Translations under genes and position numbers: made by a program
Part shown: positions 1 to 9,440 of the stretch, piece by piece
Layout: the number at the start of each line of letters is the position of its first letter
Position numbering within the stretch: position 1 is the stretch's first letter
The notes under the pieces: model-generated
The model's database searches: none
Seen by the model: the letters and a program-made list of their open reading frames with translations, nothing else
Told to the model about the DNA's origin: nothing
Source: an uncultured Candidatus Saccharibacteria bacterium
GTDB lineage: Bacteria > Patescibacteriota > Minisyncoccia > Phycocordibacterales > JACNGX01
Length of the DNA: 64,000 bases
Direction of reading: 5' to 3'
Assembly (NCBI GenBank): GCA_964621395.1
Contig: CAZULS010000001.1
Coordinates: 615 to 64,614 of the forward strand

Positions 1-1261
1 GCGTATCGAAGTCGATGGTCACACAATACGGTGTGCCCACTTCATCCTGCCTTCTGTAGCGCTTGCCGATATTGCCATTATCATCCCACACGACTGTCGG
101 AATTATTTTCTTCAGCTCTGCATACACGCTGCGCGCTTTTTCTGAAAGCTCCGGCTTATTTTTGAGAAGCGGAAAGACAGCCACTTTTGTCGGCGCCAAA
201 TGATACGGCAACTTCAGCACGGTACGCTCCTCTCCATCAAGTTCATCAACTGTGTAGCTTTCTGAAAGCACCGCCAAAAAGACACGACCAAGTCCCATGG
301 ATGTTTCAAGAATCCACGGAATAAATTTCTCGCCATTATCGTTGTATGCAAGATCCGTACCCGAGAACTTCATGTGCTGCGTGAGATCGTAATCGGTGCG
401 GTCATGAATACCCTCCACTTCATCAAAGCCGTATGTGGGAAAATCATATTCAATATCCCACGCATCGGATGCATAAAAGACCAGATTCTCATGCTGTTTC
501 CATCGCAAATGTTTTTCGGCAATACCAAGTGAGAGATACCATTGCCACCTATCTTTTTTAATCTCCTCATATGCCTCTTTGTTTTCATTTGGACGCACGA
601 AGTATTGCGTATCGGCCTGCTCAAATTCACGCGTGCGAAAAAGAAAATTGCGCGGAGAAATTTCATTACGAAACGCCTTACCGATTTGGGCGATACCAAA
701 TGGCACTTTCGGATGCATGGAGTCAACCACATTCTTGTAATTGAGATAGATGCCTTGGCATGCCTCACCCGGAAGGTACACGGGATTGTCCTCCTGCATC
801 GTGAAGTCACCGAGATTTGATTTCACCAAAAGGTTGAACGCACGCGCGGGAGTGAAATTCTTACTTTCGCATTTCGGACACGCAATTTTTTCTTTATGCT
901 CGGTGAAGAGCGCATTGATCTCTTCTTCGCTCATTTTCTCATCTGCAGACACGCCAATCTTCTCAAGCTCTTTGTCCACGCGAATGCGGGTATTACATTC
1001 CTTACACTCCGCCAAGGGGTCGGAGAATCCATTCACATGCCCTGATGCCTCCCACACTTTTGGATCTTTAAACATCGCCGAATCAAGCCCATAATAATTC
1101 TCTTTATCACGCGCGTTTGCCTGCCACCACGATGCTTTGATGTTGTTCAAGAGCTCCACACCGTTGGGACCAAAGTCGTACAAGCCGGCCACACCTCCAT
1201 AAATTTCAGAACCCTGAAAGACGAACCCTTTGCGCTTGGCAAAACCAATAATGTCGTCCAT
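1..1261 (-). CDS. glyQS: Glycine--tRNA ligase (class II GlyQS type), N-terminal ~420 codons; C-terminus runs off the window start
   Basis: Reverse translation from the ATG at 1261 gives MDDIIGFAKRKGFVFQGSEIYGGVAGLYDFGPNGVELLNN... The frame is still open at nt 1 (...RYRRQDEVGTPYCVTIDFDT). It is absent from the ORF track because it is edge-truncated. Confidence 0.85.
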   Translation of the reverse strand, partial: MDDIIGFAKRKGFVFQGSEIYGGVAGLYDFGPNGVELLNNIKASWWQANARDKENYYGLDSAMFKDPKVWEASGHVNGFSDPLAECKECNTRIRVDKELEKIGVSADEKMSEEEINALFTEHKEKIACPKCESKNFTPARAFNLLVKSNLGDFTMQEDNPVYLPGEACQGIYLNYKNVVDSMHPKVPFGIAQIGKAFRNEISPRNFLFRTREFEQADTQYFVRPNENKEAYEEIKKDRWQWYLSLGIAEKHLRWKQHENLVFYASDAWDIEYDFPTYGFDEVEGIHDRTDYDLTQHMKFSGTDLAYNDNGEKFIPWILETSMGLGRVFLAVLSESYTVDELDGEERTVLKLPYHLAPTKVAVFPLLKNKPELSEKARSVYAELKKIIPTVVWDDNGNIGKRYRRQDEVGTPYCVTIDFDT

Positions 1262-1369
1262 TGTTTTTTGAGTATTCATGTATTGAGAATACCAAAAAAA
1301 CCCTTTTCTCACAATACCAAAATCCACAGAAAAATCCGCCGAAGCGGATTTTTCTGTGGTGCCAACAAC

Positions 1370-3154
1370 TTAGAACTCTGAATAATCAATACTATCGGGA
1401 CCGTCTTCAATATCAACAATTGCCGAAAGATCAAGAGTACACTGCGTCGTCCTCACAAGTCCGTCACCGTTTCCCGTCACCGTTACATTGTAGAGACTTT
1501 GTGTACCGGGATTTCCTGTGATTGTTGCAGTAAGGTCAGCACCGGTTGTGTATTCTCCCGACGTCAGTGTCGTATCGCCATCGAATTCAAGAGTAATGCT
1601 ATCCGGAAGAGACGGATCCACGTCAATTGAGAGACTCACCGGATCAGAAAATCCATCCTGGGAAACGACACTGACGTTGAGCGTGTCTGAAAGATTCTCA
1701 GACCCTCCCACTTCAATTTGCAAACCACTCTTATCTTTAGCAAGAGAGAAATCAGGGATAATCGTTGCCAAAACGGTCACTTCTTCCACATCAGACGACA
1801 TGCCATGATTCCCTTCACCGGTATCGTGTATATCATCACAGCCCGGGTCGTCTAAGTCTGTCCATCCATCATTGTCGTTGTCGATACCGTCAGAACACGT
1901 CGTGCTCGTCGTTACTAGTGTCTGAGCTGTATCATTTCCTCCTGCACCATAGCATGTGAGTGTATAAGTTGTACTCACTTCGGGAGACACACTATAACCT
2001 CCGCTGGCTGTACCAACATTTCCATCATACAGCCCATCTGTTCCACTCAGAGTACATATATTCGCATCATCAGCGTTCCATATGAGATCTGTGGAAGCAC
2101 CTACAGTAATGCCCTCAGGATCAGCGGTGAAGAAAGTGATGTCAGCGGGTTGAGAAGGAATCGTTGCCCCCCCTGACACACTCACACAAGCAAGAGGTCT
2201 TGATTTATTACAAGGCGTATCACCAGAATATGCATTACACTTTAGTTCACCGCCTCCCATATCTTGTGGATTATATTCAGGATCTGTAAGCCCCCTATCA
2301 GTATTACACGTTATCTCCGCAGGAATCTCAGGATGATATCCAGGATCATGAAAATCCCACGTCATACCATATGAATTCCCTGTACTAAAACATTCAGCAT
2401 TTTGATTATTAATCCACACCCATGCCCTGTCAGTTGTTGAATTTGCATACAGAGCATCTTCGGAAGAGGCAAATACATCCCATCCTGACTCTTCATGAAA
2501 TTCAAGCCAGTCCCAATCGGAACCAAATTCACTTTCACAATAACTGTTCCCCACAGCAGTACTGGTTATCGCAGAACCGAGAAAATCTGTATTTGTGATA
2601 GCGTATTCATACAACTGACTCCCTCCAAGTGTCATCTCTACATCTATGCTCTGCTGCACACTTCCCCCGAGCCCTATACATTCAAGGATATATGTCTTTT
2701 CTTCAATAATTGGATCAGTTGTTTCTTGATGAGTTCCGTCGGTAGCGGTTTTTGATCCCGACCAATCACCGGAAGCATTACAGGAGGTAGCGTTGGCAAC
2801 CGTCCATTCAAGCGTCGTTGTGAGACCATTTTCCACGTTCGAAGGATTAGCTATAAAAGTCAATGATGGTGCTGCTTCACATGAATCACCGTCCCAGCCG
2901 TACCCTGTATCACACGCAAACTCACATTTAGTGGCCGTGTCGGGGTCGGCATGTATCCAGGGTAAGTCAGAAGGGAGATCCTCTTCTTCTTCGGCATCGT
3001 GTCGGGAAGCGTTGGTGGGAATTGATCCGGTACAGGAATAGCTTCCTCCTGCTCCAGCTTGCACATGTTGCACGAGGATACCACTTCCTATAAACACAAA
3101 AAGGAATGTGAGAGCGGCAAGTATACGGGATAGTGTAAAACGAAATGTGATCAT
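1370..3154 (-). CDS. Secreted Cys-rich protein with a TSP3/dockerin-like acidic motif (TCSDGIDNDNDGWTDLDDPGC)
   Basis: N-terminal hydrophobic signal/TM (LAALTFLFVFIGSGILV). Many Cys residues. One CxDGxDNDxDG...C motif. Acidic stretches. Confidence 0.6.
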   Translation of the reverse strand: MITFRFTLSRILAALTFLFVFIGSGILVQHVQAGAGGSYSCTGSIPTNASRHDAEEEEDLPSDLPWIHADPDTATKCEFACDTGYGWDGDSCEAAPSLTFIANPSNVENGLTTTLEWTVANATSCNASGDWSGSKTATDGTHQETTDPIIEEKTYILECIGLGGSVQQSIDVEMTLGGSQLYEYAITNTDFLGSAITSTAVGNSYCESEFGSDWDWLEFHEESGWDVFASSEDALYANSTTDRAWVWINNQNAECFSTGNSYGMTWDFHDPGYHPEIPAEITCNTDRGLTDPEYNPQDMGGGELKCNAYSGDTPCNKSRPLACVSVSGGATIPSQPADITFFTADPEGITVGASTDLIWNADDANICTLSGTDGLYDGNVGTASGGYSVSPEVSTTYTLTCYGAGGNDTAQTLVTTSTTCSDGIDNDNDGWTDLDDPGCDDIHDTGEGNHGMSSDVEEVTVLATIIPDFSLAKDKSGLQIEVGGSENLSDTLNVSVVSQDGFSDPVSLSIDVDPSLPDSITLEFDGDTTLTSGEYTTGADLTATITGNPGTQSLYNVTVTGNGDGLVRTTQCTLDLSAIVDIEDGPDSIDYSEF

Positions 3155-3165
3155 ATGATTCCTAT

Positions 3166-3822
3166 TTATACTAAAGTGCTCCTACATGAAGACTTCCTTG
3201 TGACAACCATCGCAACAATACCGATAAGTAAGACAAGGGCAACAACGATGTCCGAAGAGGTGTTCCTTTCTCCTTCGGATAGCCCCGGTTCATATATTGT
3301 CCAAAAACCCAGAGCATATCCGTCGGGTGCATAGATTGTGACACTCACCTCCGGATCGGGGCAGTCGGCGGTAACAGGAAGAGAAAGTATGGGACGTTTA
3401 TCGGTAATAGGAAAAGAAATAACTGTTTTCTCACTACAACGAACAGAGCTCGCTGCGTCGGTGAGATACGCATTGAGAGAAAGCTCGGGAACGGCTTCAG
3501 CATACTGAAGAACGTCCGGTACCATGGGTGAATCCCAAGAAACAGTGAGTTGCGCATTTTGTCCTTGTGTATATGATTCTGTATCAAGAGTTACTCCAAG
3601 TGAGGTGATAGAGATATGAGCATCTGCTTCCTCAAGAGACTTCTGTGCGAGATACAAACGAAGTTCTTCTTTTTGGGATGCGGAGAGGAACGAGATATCT
3701 CCTTTTTCCTCCACTTCATCGAGGAAGAGGGGTCTCTCAAGAGCATATACGGGTACACCAAAGATACTACCCATGAGAAGAGCCAAGAATATGCCTTGTG
3801 TGAGTGCATGTGCTGTGTTCAT
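3166..3822 (-). CDS. Hypothetical exported protein with a C-terminal transmembrane anchor
   Basis: Signal-like N-terminus (FLALLMGSIFGVPVYA) and C-terminal hydrophobic helix (IVVALVLLIGIVAMVV). Same strand, 12 nt from the upstream gene. Confidence 0.5.
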   Translation of the reverse strand: MNTAHALTQGIFLALLMGSIFGVPVYALERPLFLDEVEEKGDISFLSASQKEELRLYLAQKSLEEADAHISITSLGVTLDTESYTQGQNAQLTVSWDSPMVPDVLQYAEAVPELSLNAYLTDAASSVRCSEKTVISFPITDKRPILSLPVTADCPDPEVSVTIYAPDGYALGFWTIYEPGLSEGERNTSSDIVVALVLLIGIVAMVVTRKSSCRSTLV

Positions 3823-3843
3823 AATGTAAGAGATAGAATATTA

Positions 3844-4803
3844 TTATTCGCTTGTATCATATGCGTCACTGCAGCCCCCATCATGCCCGTCGATATTGCC
3901 ATCCCTATCATTATCAACACCATCGGAACACTCAGGTAAGGTACTATTATCCTGGTCCCAACATTCGAGATAGAAAGAATCCGAATGTGTCACCGTCACG
4001 CTCTGTAAACCCGCACCCGGTGTTATCCATCCGCCCCACCCTTCCGTCTCTGACGATGCCCAACAAGAATACGCACCAACCGTATCCCATGAGATATTCA
4101 CGGATTCGTTCACAGCCACCTCTGCACTCGAAGTACCGTTGACATACAGCGAGACTTCAGGTGCTCCTCCCTCAGTGGTGTCAAAGACGCTTTCGCATCT
4201 TCCGTCGTCAAGATCAATATCGTCATCGTCATCGTTATCGATGCCATCGGTACATTCCGAAGTCGCACTCACACCAGATTGTCCGAAATAAATAGCACCA
4301 AATTCATCGGACCATGCATATCCCGAAAGAGTCCCGTCGGGGTTTATCGTAACTCCATAGGGCGAGCTATCTTGTGCGGTGCCGGAAAGATGAATCCACC
4401 CCTCATTGCCCCCGGCATTCACTCCCGCATCGGCTATGCCCACAAAGCGCGCCCATCCTTTAATGGTGTCACCTTCTCGATATGCCGCACATGTTCCTGA
4501 GGGACATCCGGTCAAATATCCGGCCATGTTATCAAAGGCAATGTAACCCATGTTCTCACTATAGGCATATCCCGAAAGATCGCCATCGTCTACGGGAATA
4601 GACACACTGTAGGAAATAGCGCCGCCACCGGTGGTATTGCTCATGCTTATCCACCCAATACCGGTGTTTATCCCGGCACCATCGTCGCTCCCACCCCACA
4701 ACCACCCATAGACGGAGGTATCGGCAGAGAGAAAAGTAGCACCAAAGAAAAGTACGGAAAGCGTGAGAAGTGCTATCAAACGTGTCTGTGAAAAATATTT
4801 CAT
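3844..4803 (-). CDS. Secreted protein with two ECxDGxDNDxDG...C acidic motifs and internal GYAxS..G.IxF repeats
   Basis: Signal peptide MKYFSQTRLIALLTLSVLFFGATFLSA. Motifs ECTDGIDNDDDDDIDLDDGRC and ECSDGVDNDRDGNIDGHDGGC. Confidence 0.6.
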   Translation of the reverse strand: MKYFSQTRLIALLTLSVLFFGATFLSADTSVYGWLWGGSDDGAGINTGIGWISMSNTTGGGAISYSVSIPVDDGDLSGYAYSENMGYIAFDNMAGYLTGCPSGTCAAYREGDTIKGWARFVGIADAGVNAGGNEGWIHLSGTAQDSSPYGVTINPDGTLSGYAWSDEFGAIYFGQSGVSATSECTDGIDNDDDDDIDLDDGRCESVFDTTEGGAPEVSLYVNGTSSAEVAVNESVNISWDTVGAYSCWASSETEGWGGWITPGAGLQSVTVTHSDSFYLECWDQDNSTLPECSDGVDNDRDGNIDGHDGGCSDAYDTSE

Positions 4804-4813
4804 AAAGAATGTA

Positions 4814-5356
4814 TTATTCTTCTACCCTATATCGCAACGTAATACGATCAGCAAGGATATGATCACTATCACTGAGCGTACCGGTAGATACTGAGACCTC
4901 ATACCCCTCTTTGAGATCATTTTTGCTGAGTGTTCGCATTTCAAAAGGCTTCGGAGGAGTTCCTCGGTATTCGGGATCACTCTCTATTGCCTCGGTATAG
5001 CGACTCATTGCTTCAGCATAGCTTTCAGTGCTCGAAACGCGAACATATTCAATGATGGCCGTCTCAGGCGTGATGGTATAGATGAGTGTATCGGGTGGAT
5101 TGTCCACACCGAAACGATCAGCATCCACAGCGAGAGTCAGAGTATCCCCTGAGAGCTCCGTAATGACCCCGGTCACTTCACTGGCAGGTACGCTTTTAAG
5201 GAGCATGGTCATTTCCGCCACATACGCGCGACGTGCGTCACGATGAGCCATGAAAAGAAAGGCACCGCACACGATAAGGACAATAAGAAGTGCTGAGAGA
5301 AAAATATTTTTGTTAGCGGAAAGTGAGGATGACATACTAGAAAGGAGGTTGATCAA
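4814..5356 (-). CDS. Hypothetical membrane-anchored protein (single N-terminal TM)
   Basis: N-terminal TM (FLSALLIVLIVCGAFLFMA). Overlaps the next gene by 20 nt, suggesting an operon. Confidence 0.5.
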   Translation of the reverse strand: MINLLSSMSSSLSANKNIFLSALLIVLIVCGAFLFMAHRDARRAYVAEMTMLLKSVPASEVTGVITELSGDTLTLAVDADRFGVDNPPDTLIYTITPETAIIEYVRVSSTESYAEAMSRYTEAIESDPEYRGTPPKPFEMRTLSKNDLKEGYEVSVSTGTLSDSDHILADRITLRYRVEE

Positions 5357-6080
5357 ATACGCCCCAAGAAGAACCTTTGTTTGCGTAACACTGCGGCAAG
5401 CTAGAGGTCGACAAGGCTTTGCAGCACACAGTGGTGTTCTGAGCTTTGGTACATTCTAATTCGCCCCTCACTATACTACCAGGCCATGAAGAATTCGAAG
5501 GATACGACCACGGCGTAAAGCTTGCACTTTCTACGCTCCAAGACCACGGCGTAAAGCTTGCAGAACGGCAGGACACGCTGCCATTACTAGCCTGTTTACA
5601 GCATTCCAATGAACCATACCCTTCGGAATCACAAGACCATGAATTAAAACCGTCACCACTTCCCCCCAAATCACTCGCCCATTCGCCGGAAGAACGAATA
5701 TATACATCATCGAAATTTGCCGTGCCACCACCGTAGGTATTCCCCCCAATCGACACGCCGTTTACCCAATCATTGAATCCATTGATGTAGAGTATTTCGC
5801 TGTCTTCACTGTATCGTCCGCCGATACTGCGCTTGTCAGCACTTGCTCCGTACCCGGCAAGGTATTGACTGTCTGAGGCATTGATACTGATAGTACCTGT
5901 TTTTGTTTGCGCTTGTGCGCCTGTAGTAAGTGGCGCGCCAACATTGTCCGCCGGAGGAAACGATGACGGCTCCGTCCATGCAGCCACATACTGAAGTCCT
6001 GCAGCAAGAAGCACACCTCCGAGAGCTGCGCCCAGAAGTCGTGTGGTGGATATAAGCTGTGTGGAAAGTGAGGATGGCAT
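5337..6080 (-). CDS. Hypothetical exported/anchored protein with a tandem SASFTPWSW repeat and a CC pair
   Basis: Hydrophobic N-terminus (LLGAALGGVLLAAGL). Repeat SASFTPWSWSVESASFTPWSY. Last (upstream-most) gene of the minus-strand surface-protein cluster. Confidence 0.5.
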   Translation of the reverse strand: MPSSLSTQLISTTRLLGAALGGVLLAAGLQYVAAWTEPSSFPPADNVGAPLTTGAQAQTKTGTISINASDSQYLAGYGASADKRSIGGRYSEDSEILYINGFNDWVNGVSIGGNTYGGGTANFDDVYIRSSGEWASDLGGSGDGFNSWSCDSEGYGSLECCKQASNGSVSCRSASFTPWSWSVESASFTPWSYPSNSSWPGSIVRGELECTKAQNTTVCCKALSTSSLPQCYANKGSSWGVFDQPPF

Positions 6081-6282
6081 ACAAAGAATATCGTCTTATG
6101 AATGGAAAGACGGTTTTAAACTATCGACTAATATATACGTGTATTATATCAATCTGTAATATCAGAGCAATTTGAGTATGTGGATAGTAGAACCAGTCTC
6201 ACTGAAAACGAAAAATATAAGGGGTTCGTATTCAAGAGCTGCGCTCGACGATTTTCAGTGAGCCTAGTTCTAGATTGAGTAA

Positions 6283-8214
6283 CTACTCCTCCACCGCCGC
6301 ATCATCGGCACTCACATTCGGGTCAGAAGAAAGATCAGTGTTGATATCACTATGGGACACAGAAATATTTGTATCGGTAAATGCGTCGTAGGCGCGCATG
6401 ACAATATCGGAGAACAGTACCGGACGAGAACCGACCTGAGTCACACTCGGAGTAAGCCCCACCTGAAACGCCGCTTCGGGGCCCGCCTCTTCCACGCCGG
6501 CACCAGCTTCAAGCGAGCCGATGGTCCAGGACACAGTACGGTTTGCGGCATTGTACGCAATATCGGCATACGACGGATTAACAGTACCTTTCCACTCCAC
6601 ACCTACGGGAAGTTTCCCTGAAACGGTTGTATTACGCAAATCGTTGGATGAGTTTACCGCCGAAAGCGCGATGGTGTATGTCGTTTCCTCTTCCGGTGTC
6701 GGCGGAATCGGTCCGATATTTGAAAACGGTCCTATGGAATGCAGCCCTCGGACGGCAATACGCATATCAGAAAAGACACGCACACTTCGCACAATAGCAT
6801 CCGAGTGTGACTCCATGACATCACCCTCCGCCTCGCGAATACCGCTTACATCAACTGAGAGGACGGTTTCGGGATTGCGAATACTCGTCCCCGAAACATC
6901 CACAAGCGCCTTTGAAGCGAAGTCAAATGAAAACATTCCCGATTCTCCCGGTTCAATTTCTTCAAGTCCCTTATACGTGTCGGTGCTCCAAAGAATCGTC
7001 CCTTTTTTTGAATCATAAAATCCATTTTTGGCATCAACACCATACTTATCAATCACATCACCGGAGAATGTGAGTTCGATCACCACATCGCGCAGCGGCA
7101 CGGTTGTGTTGTTGCGGTACGAAAGCGTCCCTCTCACCGCTTTCTCCGGGGCAATCACATAGCTGTCTTTCACCTCGCCTCCAAGCGCAAGCTGCATGCC
7201 AAGGAAGAGGTCACGCACGGCAATTGTCGTTTGGCTTTGATTATACATGACCGTCAGTTCTTCATGTTCGGCGGAATCAATCATGCCGACGCGCGCGCGA
7301 ATCGTTCGCTCATCATTATGCTCACCGCGAACAATGCCGCGAATGAGAATACTCGCATCACCGCCGGAAGGAATATCTCCCACATACCATACGGTATTTC
7401 CATACGACGGTTCGGGCTCGGCCGCAACCGGCTCAAAGCCAAAAGGGTACTCAAGAATCACCGCCACATCTTCAAGAAGCACATCAGTATTGGACACCAC
7501 CTCGATACCGATGTCAACCTCCTGTCCATTATTCACTTCATCGAGTGTCGAGAGTGTCATGCCGATTGGCGCCGAATCAATACGAATAGCATGCGACACC
7601 TCTTTGATAAACGTGGCACTCGAATTCGGCACACGATATTCCATGGCAATGCCAACACTCTTTTCGTCGTCCTCACTACCGAAGACCACACCTTGAATCA
7701 GCTCTTCTTTTGTCTCGCCCGGGGCAATCGAGCCAAGTGAACGATATTCCCGTGTGAGCTCTTCACCCGTCACATCATCAATGGCATGGAATCCGGGCGG
7801 ATACGTAATCACAATATTGGATCGTTCCAGCGTTTGGGAATTGTTATTGGTAATGGAAACCGTCAAATCCATATCATCGCCGCCGGAAATAGAAACCGGT
7901 CCTTCAAATGCAATATCCACACGATCTGAAGAAATTGTCACTCCCCCTCCGGAGAGAAGAAAAGTCGCAATACCAACGGCCGCGATAAAAAACACCACCG
8001 ACACACCAAAGACGACTTTCACAAGCCCTCCTTTTTTCTTGGAAGTGGGAAGTGCGGATTTTTCTCCCTCTTTCTTCCATTCCCGCGTAATGTCCCTGCC
8101 TCGCGAATAAAAAACGGGGCGAATCTCCCGCTCGCGTGAACGCCATTTCGGATCATACAGATTCTTTTTCACACGCTCAATACGTTCGGGCTTTTTCTGA
8201 GACTTCTTCTTCAT
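6283..8214 (-). CDS. Large membrane-anchored extracellular protein (644 aa), hypothetical
   Basis: Start trimmed to MKKKSQKKPE (ATG at 8214), because the upstream part of the ORF only translates the hairpin repeat (RIKCGMT). Basic N-terminus, then a TM (VVFGVSVVFFIAAVGIATFLL), then a long ectodomain with recurring YPPGF/YPFGFEP motifs. Confidence 0.6.
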   Translation of the reverse strand: MKKKSQKKPERIERVKKNLYDPKWRSREREIRPVFYSRGRDITREWKKEGEKSALPTSKKKGGLVKVVFGVSVVFFIAAVGIATFLLSGGGVTISSDRVDIAFEGPVSISGGDDMDLTVSITNNNSQTLERSNIVITYPPGFHAIDDVTGEELTREYRSLGSIAPGETKEELIQGVVFGSEDDEKSVGIAMEYRVPNSSATFIKEVSHAIRIDSAPIGMTLSTLDEVNNGQEVDIGIEVVSNTDVLLEDVAVILEYPFGFEPVAAEPEPSYGNTVWYVGDIPSGGDASILIRGIVRGEHNDERTIRARVGMIDSAEHEELTVMYNQSQTTIAVRDLFLGMQLALGGEVKDSYVIAPEKAVRGTLSYRNNTTVPLRDVVIELTFSGDVIDKYGVDAKNGFYDSKKGTILWSTDTYKGLEEIEPGESGMFSFDFASKALVDVSGTSIRNPETVLSVDVSGIREAEGDVMESHSDAIVRSVRVFSDMRIAVRGLHSIGPFSNIGPIPPTPEEETTYTIALSAVNSSNDLRNTTVSGKLPVGVEWKGTVNPSYADIAYNAANRTVSWTIGSLEAGAGVEEAGPEAAFQVGLTPSVTQVGSRPVLFSDIVMRAYDAFTDTNISVSHSDINTDLSSDPNVSADDAAVEE

Positions 8215-8304
8215 ACTATAATGATAGCAGACTGGTACGCTGGTTTCTAGTATCTGGTAGCCGGTTGCGCGCGCTATCGCGCGCTTCCACACAAACAAAA
8301 CCTT

Positions 8305-8383
8305 TGTCATCCCGCACTTGATGCGGGATCTAAAACGTAACGAAACCACTGACCCAAGATTCCGCATCAAGTGCGGAATGACA
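8305..8383. repeat. Two copies of the ~26-nt stem-loop element family (tgtcatcccgcaCTTGAtgcgggatc and gattccgcaTCAAGtgcggaatgaca)
   Basis: 8-bp stem with a CTTGA loop, flanked by TGTCAT...GATC. Other copies at 9272-9296, 9330-9355, 17562-17587, 17621-17646, 20575-20601, 20635-20660, 22627-22653, 25302-25327, 26674-26698, 35373-35398, 43440-43466, 51820-51846, 53007-53032, 54417-54442, 54478-54503. Confidence 0.8.
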
Positions 8384-8425
8384 GAAAAAAGTGATTTAAT
8401 CTGGAAACTTCACCGTTGTGTCGCA

Positions 8426-8475
8426 GCTCCTAAGGTTAAACCTTGGTATTTATACCAAGGTTTAACCTTAGGAGC
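8426..8475. repeat. Perfect 24+24-nt palindrome with an aaggtttaacctt core
   Basis: gctcctaaggttaaaccttggtat-tt-ataccaaggtttaaccttaggagc. Related palindromes at 16278-16333, 27398-27434 and 52028-52079. Confidence 0.8.
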
Positions 8476-8574
8476 TTTCGTACATTCGTATATATTCGTA
8501 CCATTTGTAGATTTGTATCTATTCGTATATTCGGAGTACCCGAGCTCTAAGCTAAAAGCTATCAGCTATAAGCT

Positions 8575-9123
8575 CTAAAGATGGCTTTCGGCAAGAGATG
8601 CCTGAACAGCTTCTTCTAAATGTGAAATTTCTTTTCCAGGAAGTACCCCTGTGGCATACTCCACAGCAACGCTTTCTTCTGCATATCCGAGTGCTGAAAG
8701 AATGGCATACTTTCCTGCAAGAAGCACATGCCTCTTTTCTTCCGCGCTTTCCGAATAAGAGATCAAGTCCATACTCATTGTGGCAACGACAAAAAGAAGT
8801 TCATTCCCCTCTTCACCTTTGATGAGCCTGCGGAGAAATGAGGAAAGTTCGGCGCAGTGCGCACAGCTCTCCAGTGCACACGCTTCCTTTCCTTTCGAAA
8901 AAATACCGGTAAGCGTCCATACATTCTTCCCGCGCACAATATCAATTGTCACATGTCGATATTCCGAAAGATGATATTTCATTTTTGAACCAATAAGACG
9001 AGAACCGCGAGCAACAACGCCGATAAGTCCAAAATCGGGTGTGAGTATATGAAGGAAACGATCGGCCTCTCCCGTGCCAACACTTGCGAGAATGATACCT
9101 TCAGTGTGGTAGATGTGATACAT
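8575..9123 (-). CDS. recO: DNA repair protein RecO (short form)
   Basis: N-terminal OB-fold signature TEGIILASVGTGEADRFLHILTPDFGLIGVVARGSRL. Cys cluster CALESCAHC. Confidence 0.6.
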   Translation of the reverse strand: MYHIYHTEGIILASVGTGEADRFLHILTPDFGLIGVVARGSRLIGSKMKYHLSEYRHVTIDIVRGKNVWTLTGIFSKGKEACALESCAHCAELSSFLRRLIKGEEGNELLFVVATMSMDLISYSESAEEKRHVLLAGKYAILSALGYAEESVAVEYATGVLPGKEISHLEEAVQASLAESHL

Positions 9124-9440
9124 GGTTATCGAGCTTATAGCTTTTAGCTGAGAGCTTATAGGAGAGAGGTTGTTTCGATGCTGTGGAACAGGTTGGAGGA
9201 TTTGTTAGTTTTTAGTTGGTAGTTGTTAGTCGGGCGCGGCTCCGCCACGCCCGTACATATCCCAAACCACAGTCATCCTGAACTTGATTCAGGATCTTCG
9301 CCATGTTATTTCTGAAAATTATTCGAGAAGATTCTGAATCAAGTTCAGAATGACACATAATTCACTTTAATCACAAAAGCGATATTCGTATATATTTGTA
9401 CCATTCGTAGTTTTGTACCTATTCGTAATTCGTAATATTC

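Noticed and set aside
370-1094. ORF-track entries 370-810(-), 542-820(+), 750-1094(+) inside the glyQS region
   Set aside because: They are in wrong frames or antisense relative to the long GlyRS reading frame (frame of ATG 1261), which gives a clean GlyRS sequence. Their translations have no protein-like features.
8318-8578. 86-aa ORF and the N-terminal extension of 6283-8370 (MMRNLGSVVSLRFRSRIKCGMT...)
   Set aside because: They translate the stem-loop repeat elements (RIKCGMT is the hairpin read as protein). The real start of the large gene is the downstream MKKKSQKK.
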